Below the pieces are notes generated by a model. It did no database searches. It was not told the origin of the DNA and saw nothing but the letters and a program-made list of their open reading frames with translations. A program made the position numbers and the translations under genes. From an uncultured bacterium (lineage in GTDB: Bacteria; Verrucomicrobiota; Verrucomicrobiia; Limisphaerales; UBA8199): 64,000 nt of DNA. Every line of letters begins with the position of its first letter. The stretch's first letter is position 1. The stretch lies in assembly GCA_963749495.1 (NCBI GenBank), contig CAVVMW010000022.1, positions 448,001 to 512,000 of the forward strand, given 5' to 3'. Shown piece after piece: positions 19,480 to 29,407 of the stretch.

Positions 19480-19844
19480 TTGTGGGTGACGACGACCCGG
19501 GTGAACCACTGCTGCTCCATGATGTGCTTGCCTCGTCCCAGGAAGACCCCGCCACAAAGGCAGCCAGGAGCATGGATTGGCAGGAGTTCATGGCAGGGTT
19601 ATCAAAGCTGGACCAGGCAATCATCCGCTGTGTAACGGAAGGGAAGCGTCTGAGCAGCCTGGTTCGCAAGCGTCACCTCAACAGCTCGACCGTGCTGTAC
19701 CACAAGCGCCGTCTCGCCGACGCCATAGTTAACTTCATGGGCAGCGACATCCTCATACAGATACAGCGCCGCCCTGGTTGGAAGGACAGCATCAGTTGCA
19801 CCAGGGAACGGTTGGCCTGTCATGAGGAGCGGCGGCATTTGTAA
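19480..19844 (+). pseudogene. C-terminal fragment of a sigma-region-4-like HTH protein
   Basis: EDPATKAARSMDWQEFMAGLSKLDQAII...G.RLSSL...LNSSTV..HKRRL; no N-terminus. Confidence 0.5.
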
Positions 19845-20021
19845 TCGGCCCCGCGCAATAAACCCCATATCCTCTACATCGGCTCCTGTGGCTCTCTTTG
19901 AGGGGCTGCAGGGGCTGGTGTGGAGGGTAAATAAAGCAGGGCATTTCGCTCCGACCTTTAGCTATGAGGTCGTGTGGGTGGGTGAAGCGTTGATGGGTTA
20001 TTCAGGCAGGGCGGGGTAACG

Positions 20022-20335
20022 AAACCGGGGCCACATCTATACTTTTTTACATTGGAACGGATTGTAGAAATGTATAGATATGACCCCGATTTTGTGTATG
20101 TGACCCGATATGACCCCGATTTTGTGTATGTGACCCTGACCCCGATTTTGTGTATGTGACCCCGATTTTGTGTATGACCGGTTTTGTGCGGTTTTGTGAT
20201 TGGAACGGATTGTAGAAATGTATAGATATGACCCCGGTTTTGTTTTGTGTGCCTGACCCCGGTTTTGTGTGCCGGTTTTGTGTGACCCCGGTTTTGTGCC
20301 GGTTTTGTGCCGGTTTTGTGTACCGGTTTTGTGTG
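20022..20335. repeat. Hairpin plus stuttered TGACCCCG(A/G)TTTTGTG degenerate repeat tract
   Basis: Imperfect inverted repeat 20022-20050 / 20064-20092; 37-bp direct repeat at 20051 and 20199; more than ten partial copies. Confidence 0.85.
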
Positions 20336-20511
20336 CAGCCTTGCGGCTGGCGCGCTGCTTTGGCACGAGCGCGGAGGTGTGGGCGGGCTTGCAGGCCGAT
20401 TACGATTTGCGCCTCGCCCGTTACGACAAGGCGCGAACCATCGAGCGCGAAGTTGAACCGCTGGCTGCGTTGAGGAAAATGCGGAATCTGGTGCCTCTGA
20501 CACAGCCCTGA
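20335..20511 (+). pseudogene. higA: C-terminal fragment of a HigA-family antitoxin
   Basis: ALRLARCFGTSAEVWAGLQADYDL; N-terminal HTH replaced by the repeat tract. Confidence 0.75.
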
Positions 20512-20711
20512 CACAGGAAAGGCCCGAATCCGAAGCGCAACCGGAGAAAGACGTGAAGTTCCCGAAGCGAATCAAATTCCGTGGCGGCGAACTGGCCACC
20601 AGTGGCCCATCTTGTCTCAGCAGCACGTCGGCAATCCGTGTGTAAACATTGCAGCCGCAACAACTTATGCATTTCAGTTTTCGCGCGACCAAAAAAGCTT
20701 TCACAACCCGC

Positions 20712-20741
20712 TTGACATGGTGTATCAATTGATCCCAAATT
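20712..20741 (+). promoter_or_regulatory. Possible sigma70 promoter with palindromic operator for the TA pair
   Basis: TTGACA at 20712; ATCAATTGAT palindrome in the spacer; weak -10. Confidence 0.35.
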
Positions 20742-20784
20742 GCTCATGTGAATCGAACCATCAGCCGATTAACCGTTACACGTA

Positions 20785-21168
20785 ATGGCGCAGATCGAAA
20801 TACCAAAGCCTCGGCGAGACCGAATCTGTGCCATCCTCGAAACTGAGGCAACCGATACACTGCTCGAGTGGACAACCGACGCTGAAAGGCGTTATGAGGC
20901 GGACGCGACGGCAGCAAAGGTGTGCACAGGTGACACCGACCCCGTGTGGCGCAACGATGTCTATCAGCCCTTTCGGGACTTCCTCTGCTCCCCGCACCCA
21001 AGCGGCTGCCTTGTCACCATGGACACTCCACCCGGAGAAACCTACGAATTCTATTTCGAGTTCCTCGCCGAACGGTTTTACGGGAAAATCCTCCTGCGGA
21101 CAGACCGCAAAAGGGTGGTCATATTTTCCGCCCATCGCCCACTCAAACCGAACCTCTCGTGCAAATAA
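20785..21168 (+). CDS. Putative MqsR/RelE-like toxin
   Basis: C-terminal YEF....FYGKILL.....VVIFSAH pattern; directly upstream of an XRE antitoxin. Confidence 0.6.
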   Translation: MAQIEIPKPRRDRICAILETEATDTLLEWTTDAERRYEADATAAKVCTGDTDPVWRNDVYQPFRDFLCSPHPSGCLVTMDTPPGETYEFYFEFLAERFYGKILLRTDRKRVVIFSAHRPLKPNLSCK

Positions 21169-21188
21169 GCAACAAGATGCGTTAACGA

Positions 21189-21611
21189 ATGAAGATCAAG
21201 AATGAAGAATTTGAAGTACTGGTGCCTAAAGCCGATGGCACCGGCATCGCGGAGAAAGTCAAGGTCACCATCCCCGTTCGCTGGGATGAGGAGTTGCAGG
21301 ACTGGCTCATGACCGCCGAGGCTCACGAGATCATCGACAACACAAAGTCCCGCCATATGGGCCTCCTGCTCCCTGATCAGTTCAAGGAACTCCGCAAGCG
21401 TTATGACTATTCCCAAAGGCAAATGGGCGAGCTTTTCCAGGTGGGAGAAAAAAGCTGGACGCGCTGGGAATCTGGAAAGCACCGGCCCAGCCGGAGTATA
21501 AACCTGCTAATCCGGGCGCTTTACGAGGGCGAGATTTCAGTGAACTACCTCCTGAAACGCGCTGGGAAGCCCACAGTAGAGGAGCCAGGCACCAGCGTGG
21601 TATGGCACTGA
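21189..21611 (+). CDS. MqsA-like XRE-family antitoxin
   Basis: GLLLPDQFKELRKRYDYSQRQMGELFQVGEKSWTRWESGKHRPSRSINLLIR. Confidence 0.8.
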   Translation: MKIKNEEFEVLVPKADGTGIAEKVKVTIPVRWDEELQDWLMTAEAHEIIDNTKSRHMGLLLPDQFKELRKRYDYSQRQMGELFQVGEKSWTRWESGKHRPSRSINLLIRALYEGEISVNYLLKRAGKPTVEEPGTSVVWH

Positions 21612-21790
21612 CACGAGACTACAAGGAAACGGTTGTGGTGCGGATGAAACGCGGCCGGAAATTTGCGCGGGCGCTCTACGGCGAAGCGGCAAGCGCCTTG
21701 CTCGAAGGCGAAACCACCGAAGGACTTTCCATGCTGCGGGACTTGGCACACGCCGGGATCACCTTCAAGGAATTGGCCCGGCAGACGGGC
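21602..21790 (+). pseudogene. Truncated HTH antitoxin (HI1420-like)
   Basis: MALTRDYKETV..R....FA.AL..EA...LL.GE...GL.MLRDL....I.FKELARQTG then breaks. Confidence 0.7.
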
Positions 21791-21813
21791 GAAGGGCCAG
21801 TTCCTTCTTCTGC

Positions 21814-22794
21814 TCACGCATTGCAGAACTGACTCAGATAATGCGCTCCATGTCGGAAGCCTTCCTCCGGGCCGAAGGTGTCGTCCTCGTGCTCGATGCT
21901 GAGCACGCCTTTGTAACCGGCCTCACGGAGATGGCCGATGTATTGGCCCCACTTAATGTCGCCGAAGCCGGGGATGACATACCGCCACCAGCCCTGCCCC
22001 AGCACGCCCACGTAAGCGCGCCGGTGCTCGTCCACCAGGCAGTCCTTGGCGTGAGTGTGGAAAATTCTCTTGCCGAACCTCGCGATGGGCACGGTGTAGT
22101 CGCACTGCTGGTGGACCAGATGAGAGGGGTCGTAATTGAAGCCGAAGTTCTCGTCGGGAATCGTCTCCATGAGGCAGTCAAGGGTGTCCAGGCCCTGAAG
22201 GTTGGTCTCGAACCAGTTTTCCACCGCCACGTGGATCCCCTTCTCCTTGGCATGGTCGAGGATGGGGCGAAAGAGCCCGGGAATCACTTGCTTGATCGTC
22301 TGGATCTTGCTCCTGCCGCCAACGGGGCTGCCGAGGCCCACGCAGATCGTCGGCGCGCCAAGCAGGGCTGCCGCGTCAATCGTCTTATTCAAAATCTGCT
22401 GAACCTCTCCTGCCCTCCCAGGAGCCGTGCAGTCCATGTAGTTGGACAGGGCGCTGATTTCAAGCCCGCGCTCGCCCAGCTTCTGTTTGATGCCTTCGGC
22501 TTGCGCCGAATTCAGGGTCCTGGGGTCGATGTGCGGGTGCCCGGGCTCGGCAACGACTTCCAGCGCGGCAATGTGGCAGCGCCTGGCCATGTCGAGGACT
22601 GCCTCAAACGGCAGGTTGCGCAGCGGCGCCGTCAGCATGCCTGCCCGGATGTCCTTTGGTTTCTTCAGCTCCGGCAACGTCTCAGCTCCGGCGGCAGTTG
22701 AGGTGAGCGCGGTCACGCCGAGCGAGGCGAGGGAACCTGCCCCCATGGCTCCGGCGGTGGTTCCAATGAAAGTCCTGCGTGATATCGAGTTCAT
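21814..22794 (-). CDS. Sugar phosphate isomerase/epimerase (AP endonuclease 2 TIM barrel) with Tat signal
   Basis: SRRTFI; AVEN, FNYDPSHL, HTHAKD, PGFGDIKW, LSIEHED. Confidence 0.92.
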   Translation of the reverse strand: MNSISRRTFIGTTAGAMGAGSLASLGVTALTSTAAGAETLPELKKPKDIRAGMLTAPLRNLPFEAVLDMARRCHIAALEVVAEPGHPHIDPRTLNSAQAEGIKQKLGERGLEISALSNYMDCTAPGRAGEVQQILNKTIDAAALLGAPTICVGLGSPVGGRSKIQTIKQVIPGLFRPILDHAKEKGIHVAVENWFETNLQGLDTLDCLMETIPDENFGFNYDPSHLVHQQCDYTVPIARFGKRIFHTHAKDCLVDEHRRAYVGVLGQGWWRYVIPGFGDIKWGQYIGHLREAGYKGVLSIEHEDDTFGPEEGFRHGAHYLSQFCNA

Positions 22795-22929
22795 GGACGC
22801 GCATCCTCGGCGACTATCGTTTACGACGCAAGCTCATAAACTCGCCGAGGACGAATTTCATGGCACCGCTCAGTGGAGGCGGGAGCGACAGGGCGGGCAG
22901 ATTCTCCTCCATGAACCCAAGCCCGACGG

Positions 22930-23008
22930 TTCTGGACTGCGCCAGTCCTCTGGCGCTTTTGGGTCGCCAGGGTCCAAAAAGCGGCAGAGGACTGCCGCAG
23001 TCCAAAAC
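22930..23008. repeat. REP-like inverted pair GGACTGCG..AGTCCTCT / AGAGGACT..CGCAGTCC
   Basis: Right copy 22977-23002 is identical over 26 nt to 14880-14905. Confidence 0.85.
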
Positions 23009-23196
23009 GCGTCGGGTTGGGCGATGCCCTCGCGGTTCCGCTCGCCGCCTTCACTGAGGCACTTCGTTCCAAGCGGACGTGACCCGCATCCCGGGGGCGG
23101 AGACGGCCGGCACTTCCGACCGCGCCCCACACCAAGATGGAGTTTGACCTCCGCCCGCGCCGGCATAGACTCGCTCCAGATGAACCTGACCTCAAA

Positions 23197-24547
23197 ATGA
23201 AACATCACCTCATGAACCAAGACTGGTCCTCTCGCCGGAGCTTCCTGAAAACCGCGTCCGTCGCCGCGACGGCCGTAACGATTATCCCGCGTCACGTGCT
23301 GGGGCAGGGCCAGACCCCCCCGTCGCAGAAACTCAACATTGCAGGGATTGGCGTTGGCGGCATGGGGTCGGGCAACGTGGCCTCCTGCGCGCAGGCCGGC
23401 GAGAACATCGTCGCCCTGTGCGATCCGGACCGGAACCACCTGGCCGACAACGCCAGGAAATGCCCGGGCGCCAAACTCTACACCGATTTCCGCAAGATGC
23501 TGGAGAGCCAAAAGGACATCAACGCGGTGATCATCGCCACGCCCGACCACGTCCATGCGGTCGCCACGGCCATGGCGATGAGGCTCGGCAAGCACGTCCA
23601 TTGCCAGAAGCCGCTGACCCACAGCGTCTATGAAGCCCGCAGGATCGGCCAGATCGCACGCGAGACCAAGGTAGCTACCCAGATGGGCAATTTCGGGCAG
23701 GCCGGTGAAGAGGCCCGCCTGGTGGCCGAGATGATTTGGGCCGGGGCGATTGGCAACCTCAAGGAGGTGCATGCCTGGTCCAACCGCAACCCGGACATTT
23801 CCCAGCGCGGCGTCGCCCGGCCCAAGGAGACCCCGCCTTGCCCGGCGCACCTGGACTGGGACCTCTGGCTCGGCCCCGCCCCCGTGCGGCCCTATCACCC
23901 CTGCTATCACCCTTTTGCCTGGCGCGGTTGGTGGGATTTCGGCACCGGCGTGCTCGGCGATATTGGCTGCCACGAGCTGTCCGCTATCTTCAAGGCCATG
24001 AAGATCGGCAACCCGGTCAGCGTCGAGGCCTGCTCCACGAAACTGGCAGCGCCCCAAGGAGATCAGCAACGAGACCGCTCCGCTGGCCTCGATCACCCAT
24101 TACAAGTTCGCCGCCAGCGACACGCACGGGCCATTGAGCATCTTCTGGTACGACGGCGGCATGCGTCCCCCTCGCCCCGACGGCCTGGCGCCGGACGAGA
24201 AATTCGCCGAGGGCGATGGCACGATGTATGTCGGTGACAAGGGCATCATGCTGCGCGACCGCCTGATCCCGGAGAGCAAGGCCAAAGAGTTCGGCCGGCC
24301 GCCGCAGAAGCTGGCGCGCTCCCCGGGGCATTGGAAGGAGTTTCTGGACGCGTGCCGCGGGGGAAGGCCTGCCGGGTCGAACTTCGCCGATCACGCCGCC
24401 CACCTGGCCGAAGTCGTCCTGCTGGGCAACATCGCCATCCGCATGAACCAGAAGCTTCAATGGGACGCAGCGAACCTGAGGTTTCCGAATTGCCCCGAGG
24501 CGGATAGGTTCGTGAATCCGCCGTATCGAGAGGGGTTCACGTTATGA
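23197..24547 (+). CDS. Gfo/Idh/MocA oxidoreductase with Tat signal; frameshift near 24041
   Basis: SRRSFLK, IGVGGMG, ATPDHVH, CQKPLTH, WDFGTGVLGDIGCH; removing one A joins ORF 24134-24547 (WYDGG...YREGFTL). Confidence 0.92.
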
Positions 24548-25020
24548 GGGGAAGACGGCAGGCTGGCCCTGTTTGCTGAGGAGGTCAGCAACTACTGCCC
24601 ACCACGTAGCCGACACGCACTTGAAGAAAGCAGAACGGGGCAGAAGATAAGCAATTATCAACACCCTCCAGCCCGGTTCCTTTTTCCCGATGCGAGTTGA
24701 AGCAGGAGTTGGTCGTCGTTGCAGGCAGCCAACGCCCCGCGTGCAGAGAACACGGGAATCAGGGTGACATGACACGGCCATTTAAGGGTCGGCCGAGTTG
24801 AGTGATGGGATTTCTGAAATCACCCGCAGGATGGATGAACTGCATCTGGTTCCGGACTGCTGGCGTTCTTCTGGACCTCGTCTGCCACCCGCCGAATCGG
24901 CAATCGGCGGAGACCTGCCGGCTCTTGCATCCTGGGTCTATGGAAGTGATGAGTGAGGAGCCTCTAATCTGGAAAAGGAATCTCACGAAAACCGAACCCC
25001 TCAACGGAAAAAGCAAATCC

Positions 25021-27294
25021 ATGAAAAGGCATCCAACGAAACCAACCCGCAATTCGATGTTCAGTGTTCGATGCTCAATGTTCGATGTTCTGCTCAGTTT
25101 GCTGCTGTTCTTGGCCGCAGTCGCCCCTGGCTTCAGCCAGCCCGTCATCACCCAAGAGCCGCAGTCCTGCACCAACCTCGCCGGCTCGACTGCCACCTTC
25201 ACGGTCCAGGCGACCGGCACTGCGCCCCTGGCTTACCAGTGGCAGGGAGACTCCGGCCCCGGGGTGCTGGACTTCTCGAACCTCACGGACTGCACCAACG
25301 CAACCTTGGCGCTGACCAACGTGCAGGTCGCTGACTTCTTGGACTATCGCGTGGTGGTCACCAATGCCGGAGGCGCAATAACCAGCAGTGTCGCCACCCT
25401 GACCGTTTTCACGCCCCCTGCCATCACAGTGCAGCCCGCTGATTTCCCTTCTGTGAGCTTGGGTGCGAGCGTTACGTCCCGTGTGAGCGCGAGCGGCAAC
25501 CCGCCGCCCGCTTACCAGTGGTTTCTCAATGGCACCCCACTCCCGGGCCAGACCCGAGGCCTGTTGAACCTGACGAATCTGCAGTTGTCCGATGCCGGAG
25601 CCTACACCGTCGTGGCAACCAATCTCGCGGGTTCGGTCACCAGCCGGGTGGTTACGCTCGATGTGGACCCCACCTTCACCAAGATCACCACCGGCGCCCT
25701 GGCCGCCGACGTAGGCCACTGGCACGGTGCCGCGTGGGCCGACTACGACAATGACGGCTACCCTGACTTGTTTGTCCATCAGTACGCCCCAGCGGTCAAA
25801 GACTTCCTCTACCACAACAACGGGGACGGGACGTTCACGCGCCTGACGGCGCCCATTCCGCAGGGGCTGGTTCTCCAAAACGCGGCCTGGGGCAATGCCT
25901 GGGGGGATTATGACAATGACGGACACCCGGACCTGTTCATTTCCAACAATGGAGCCAAGAACGTACTCCTGCACAGTCGAGGCGATGGGACCTTCGAGAG
26001 GATCGCCTCCGGTCCTGGAGCCGAAGGCACCGATTCCTCCGCGGCGGCCTGGGGTGACTGTGACCGGGACGGCTATCTGGATCTGTTCGTCGTCAACGGC
26101 TATCTGGGCTCGTCCCCCGCGCGCCATTGGCTCTACCACAACCAGGGGGACGGTTCGTTCCGCAGGATGGGCACCAACGACGTGGGATACCTCGCCAGCG
26201 AGAGCGTGACGGCGATTTTCGCCAGTTGGGTGGACTATGATGACGGCGGTTGGCAAGACCTGTTTCTGCCCACTACACAAGGAGGTTACTTCAACCGAAA
26301 CCTTGGCAACGGCAGCTTTGCCCCCCTGACCAACAATGTGCACGTCAATAGTCCTACGGGCTTCGCCTGGGCTGACTACGACAATGACGGCCGCCTGGAT
26401 CTGTGCATTGCGGGGTATGGCACACCCACCGTCATTTACCACAATGAAGGCGGCGGGACGTTCAAGCAGATGACCGCAGCCCAGGTGGGAATCCCCTCCA
26501 GTGACGCGAGCTGGGGCGGCGGCGTTGCCTGGGGGGATTATGACAATGATGGGTTCGTGGATCTCTTTGTGGCCGGCGGGTGGTGGAATTCAAGCAACGT
26601 AGGCGTCACCACGAGGAGCTTTCTCTACCACAACAACGGTGATGGCACGTTCACTCGGATCACCAACGGCAGCCCCGTCGTCAACGTATGCGACTCGATG
26701 GGGGCCCATTGGGTGGATTACGACCGGGACGGCTTCCTGGACTTGTTCGTCAACGCCCACGGCGTCGCCAATGGGTATATGCCCAACCTGCTCTACCGCA
26801 ACAACGGCAACTCGAACAACTGGCTCTGCGTGGCCTGCGTCGGCACCTCCTCCCCGCGTGACGGCACCGGGGCCAAGGTGCGCGCGCTCGCCACCATTCG
26901 CGGCAAGCCGATGTGGCAGCTCCGGCTGATTAACTCTGGCGGTACCTGCTGGGGCGGCCAGAGCTTCGTGGCCCACTTCGGCCTGGGGGATGCCACGAAT
27001 GTGGACGTGCTCCGCATTGAGTGGACCTCCGGCACCGTGCAGGAACTGCGCAATGTGTCGGCAAAACAGCACCTGACCGTGGCCGAGCCGGCGAAGCTCT
27101 CGATGCCCAGCCTGGGCGAACTGCACATCCAATGCTGGAAGGGCATGGCCTACGAGATTCAAGCCTCGCCCGACCTGTTGACCTGGACACCGCTGGCCAC
27201 GGTGACGAACCTCAGCTTGACGGGCGGCGTTCAGTGGACTGACCCGGCTGCGCCCGCCCAATCCACGCGCTTCTATCGGGCGGTGAAGCAATGA
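25021..27294 (+). CDS. Secreted Ig-domain + FG-GAP repeat + ASPIC/UnbV (CRTAC1-like) protein
   Basis: Signal peptide; two Ig repeats (P.IT.QP..YQW..Y.VV.TN..G.VTS); repeated W.DYDNDG..DLF; AHFGLGDATNVD.LRIEW.SG; C-terminal Y.IQAS.DL..W...RFYRA. Confidence 0.92.
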   Translation: MKRHPTKPTRNSMFSVRCSMFDVLLSLLLFLAAVAPGFSQPVITQEPQSCTNLAGSTATFTVQATGTAPLAYQWQGDSGPGVLDFSNLTDCTNATLALTNVQVADFLDYRVVVTNAGGAITSSVATLTVFTPPAITVQPADFPSVSLGASVTSRVSASGNPPPAYQWFLNGTPLPGQTRGLLNLTNLQLSDAGAYTVVATNLAGSVTSRVVTLDVDPTFTKITTGALAADVGHWHGAAWADYDNDGYPDLFVHQYAPAVKDFLYHNNGDGTFTRLTAPIPQGLVLQNAAWGNAWGDYDNDGHPDLFISNNGAKNVLLHSRGDGTFERIASGPGAEGTDSSAAAWGDCDRDGYLDLFVVNGYLGSSPARHWLYHNQGDGSFRRMGTNDVGYLASESVTAIFASWVDYDDGGWQDLFLPTTQGGYFNRNLGNGSFAPLTNNVHVNSPTGFAWADYDNDGRLDLCIAGYGTPTVIYHNEGGGTFKQMTAAQVGIPSSDASWGGGVAWGDYDNDGFVDLFVAGGWWNSSNVGVTTRSFLYHNNGDGTFTRITNGSPVVNVCDSMGAHWVDYDRDGFLDLFVNAHGVANGYMPNLLYRNNGNSNNWLCVACVGTSSPRDGTGAKVRALATIRGKPMWQLRLINSGGTCWGGQSFVAHFGLGDATNVDVLRIEWTSGTVQELRNVSAKQHLTVAEPAKLSMPSLGELHIQCWKGMAYEIQASPDLLTWTPLATVTNLSLTGGVQWTDPAAPAQSTRFYRAVKQ

Positions 27295-27400
27295 CTCTCA
27301 GGAACAAATACAATTAGGACCGGACTCAGGCTTTGTCGTGTGGGTGAGGAAACCACTTTTGCGGCTGGAAAAAGGCGGAAGGTTGTGCGATTGTTGACGC

Positions 27401-28448
27401 ATGTATAATGCCAAAGCTTATTCTGCACCGGCGCAAACCTCACCGCTTGCGCCGTTCGACCTTCAACGGCGCGATCCTGGAGCGCACGACGTGCAAATCG
27501 AAATTCTTTATTGCGGCGTTTGCCATACGGACGTCCATATCGTGCGCAACGAATGGCACGGCACCACCTACCCTTGCGTGCCCGGCCATGAAATCGTCGG
27601 GCGTGTCGTGAAAGGCCGGCGCGCACGTCAAGAAGTTCAAGGACGGCAACCTCGCCGCGGTCGGTTGCCTGGTGGATTCCTGCCGGACCTGTGACAACTG
27701 CAGGGACAACCTGGAACAATTCTGCATGAACGGCCCGACCTTCACCTACAACTCTCCCGACAAGCACACCGGAGGGATGACTTACGGCGGTTATTCCGAC
27801 AGCGTCGTGGTGGACGAAGCCTTCGTGTTGCGGGTCCCGAAGAATCTGAACCTGTCCGCCGCCGCTCCGCTGCTGTGCGCAGGCATCACCACCTATTCCC
27901 CCCTGCGCCACAACAAAGTCGGCAAAGGGCAGAAAGCCGGCGTCGTGGGACTTGGGGGCCTTGGCCACATGGGCGTCAAACTAGCCAAGGCTTTTGGGGC
28001 GCACGTGGTCGTCTTCACGACTTCGCCGAATAAAGTGCAGGACGCCCTGCGCCTCGGTGCTGATGAGGTTGTTCTTTCCAAGAATGAGGGCGAGATGAAG
28101 AAACATCTCGGTAGTTTCCATTTCATCCTCGACACCGTGGCTGGGCAACATGACATCAATGCCTACCTCGTGCTCTTGAAACGCGACGGAACGCTCACGC
28201 AAGTGGGGGTGCCCGCTGAACCGCTTGCCGTTCAGGTGGGCAGCCTCATCTTTGGCCGGCGGAACTTCAGTGGCTCCCTAATTGGCGGCATCAAAGAAAC
28301 CCAGGAGATGCTCGATTTCTGTGGCCGGCGCAACATCACCTCCGACATCGAACTCATCCCCATCCAGAAGATTAACGAAGCGTATGAACGTCTCCTCAAG
28401 AGTGACGTGAAATACCGGTTCGTGATTGATATGGCGTCATTGAGATGA
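27401..28448 (+). CDS. Zn-dependent NAD(P)H alcohol/aldehyde dehydrogenase (cinnamyl-ADH/YahK-like); frameshift near 27612
   Basis: CGVCHTD, PGHEIVG, DSC..C..C, APLLCAGITTYSPL, GLGGLGHMG, DVKYRFVID. Confidence 0.93.
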
Positions 28449-28519
28449 ACTGGTCCGGCGAACCTGGCTGCCCGCCTTACGATCTGGTGTTGGGCTGGCT
28501 GCTCTCGGTTCCTGGGCAA

Positions 28520-29095
28520 CGTGTCCCGGCCTTAGCAGGCCGGGGCCGTTTGCTTGGCGCAGCCTACCCAGGCCTCCGCTTCGCTCCAGCCTGGGCTTTC
28601 ACATGGCCGGCCTTCGGCCCTGGTTGCGCGGAGATCCTCGGGCTGAAAGCCCGGAATGTGACAGCCTGGGCTGCAGCGAGCTTGCGAGCGGGGCCCAGGT
28701 TGCGGACACATAAACTCCTGCGCCCTGTATGGGCGCCACAAGACCCGGATCCTTGGGCAACGGGTCCCGGCCTTTCAGGCCAGGGACCGTTTCGAGGGGG
28801 TTGCCTACCCAGGCCTCCGCTTCGCTCCAGCCTGGGCTTTCACATGGCGGGCCTTCGGCCCTGGTTTCGCGGAAGTCCTCGGGCTGACAGCCCGAAATGT
28901 GACAGCCTGGGCTGGAGCGAGCCTGCGAGCGGAGGCCCAGGTTGGCTGGCCGATAAATCTCCGCGCCCTGCAAGGGCGCCACAACGTTCGATTCCCTTGG
29001 TCCCGGCCTTACAGCCCGGGGCCGTTTCGAGGGGCACTCGCTAGCCTGGGCCTCCGCTTGGCTCCAGCCCAGGCTATCACGTGACGGGCCTTTGG
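28520..29095. repeat. BIME-like array of REP palindromes
   Basis: CCTACCCAGGCCTCCGCTTCGCTCCAGCCTGGGCTTTCACATGG repeated at ~28563 and ~28804, degenerate at ~29040, alternating with inverted copies. Confidence 0.85.
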
Positions 29096-29407
29096 CCTTG
29101 CCGCGCGTTCCGACACTGCCCAGGGGTGAGCGCGAGGATAGGCGCGCTCCCCGCCCCCACCCCGTCCGGCGGGGGCAGTGTCGGGATGCGCCCGGCGAGG
29201 AGCGGCGGCACGTTTCGCACTTGAACGAACGGGATGCACTGGCATGGTCTGAGTTTTCCTCAGTCGCCGTCTCGGAAGCCGCTCAGGGCACTTTGAAGGG
29301 CAGACAGCCGCTGAATGTCCTCAAAGAGCCGTAATTTCCATCCAATCTGAGGGTGTGCACACAAACGCACAGTTCACGGATCGGGTCCAGGAGCTTAGAA
29401 TGGGGCT

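Noticed and set aside
20022..20335. CRISPR array
   Set aside because: Irregular unit length, no unique spacers, only two copies of the 37-bp unit, and no cas genes
19130..21832. Intact integrative element at tRNA-Leu
   Set aside because: No integrase and no duplicated tRNA 3' end spotted in the window
28520..29095. CRISPR array or coding ORFs (28445-29044 etc.)
   Set aside because: Alternating inverted palindromes with repeated linkers are REP/BIME-like; the ORFs are translations of the repeats
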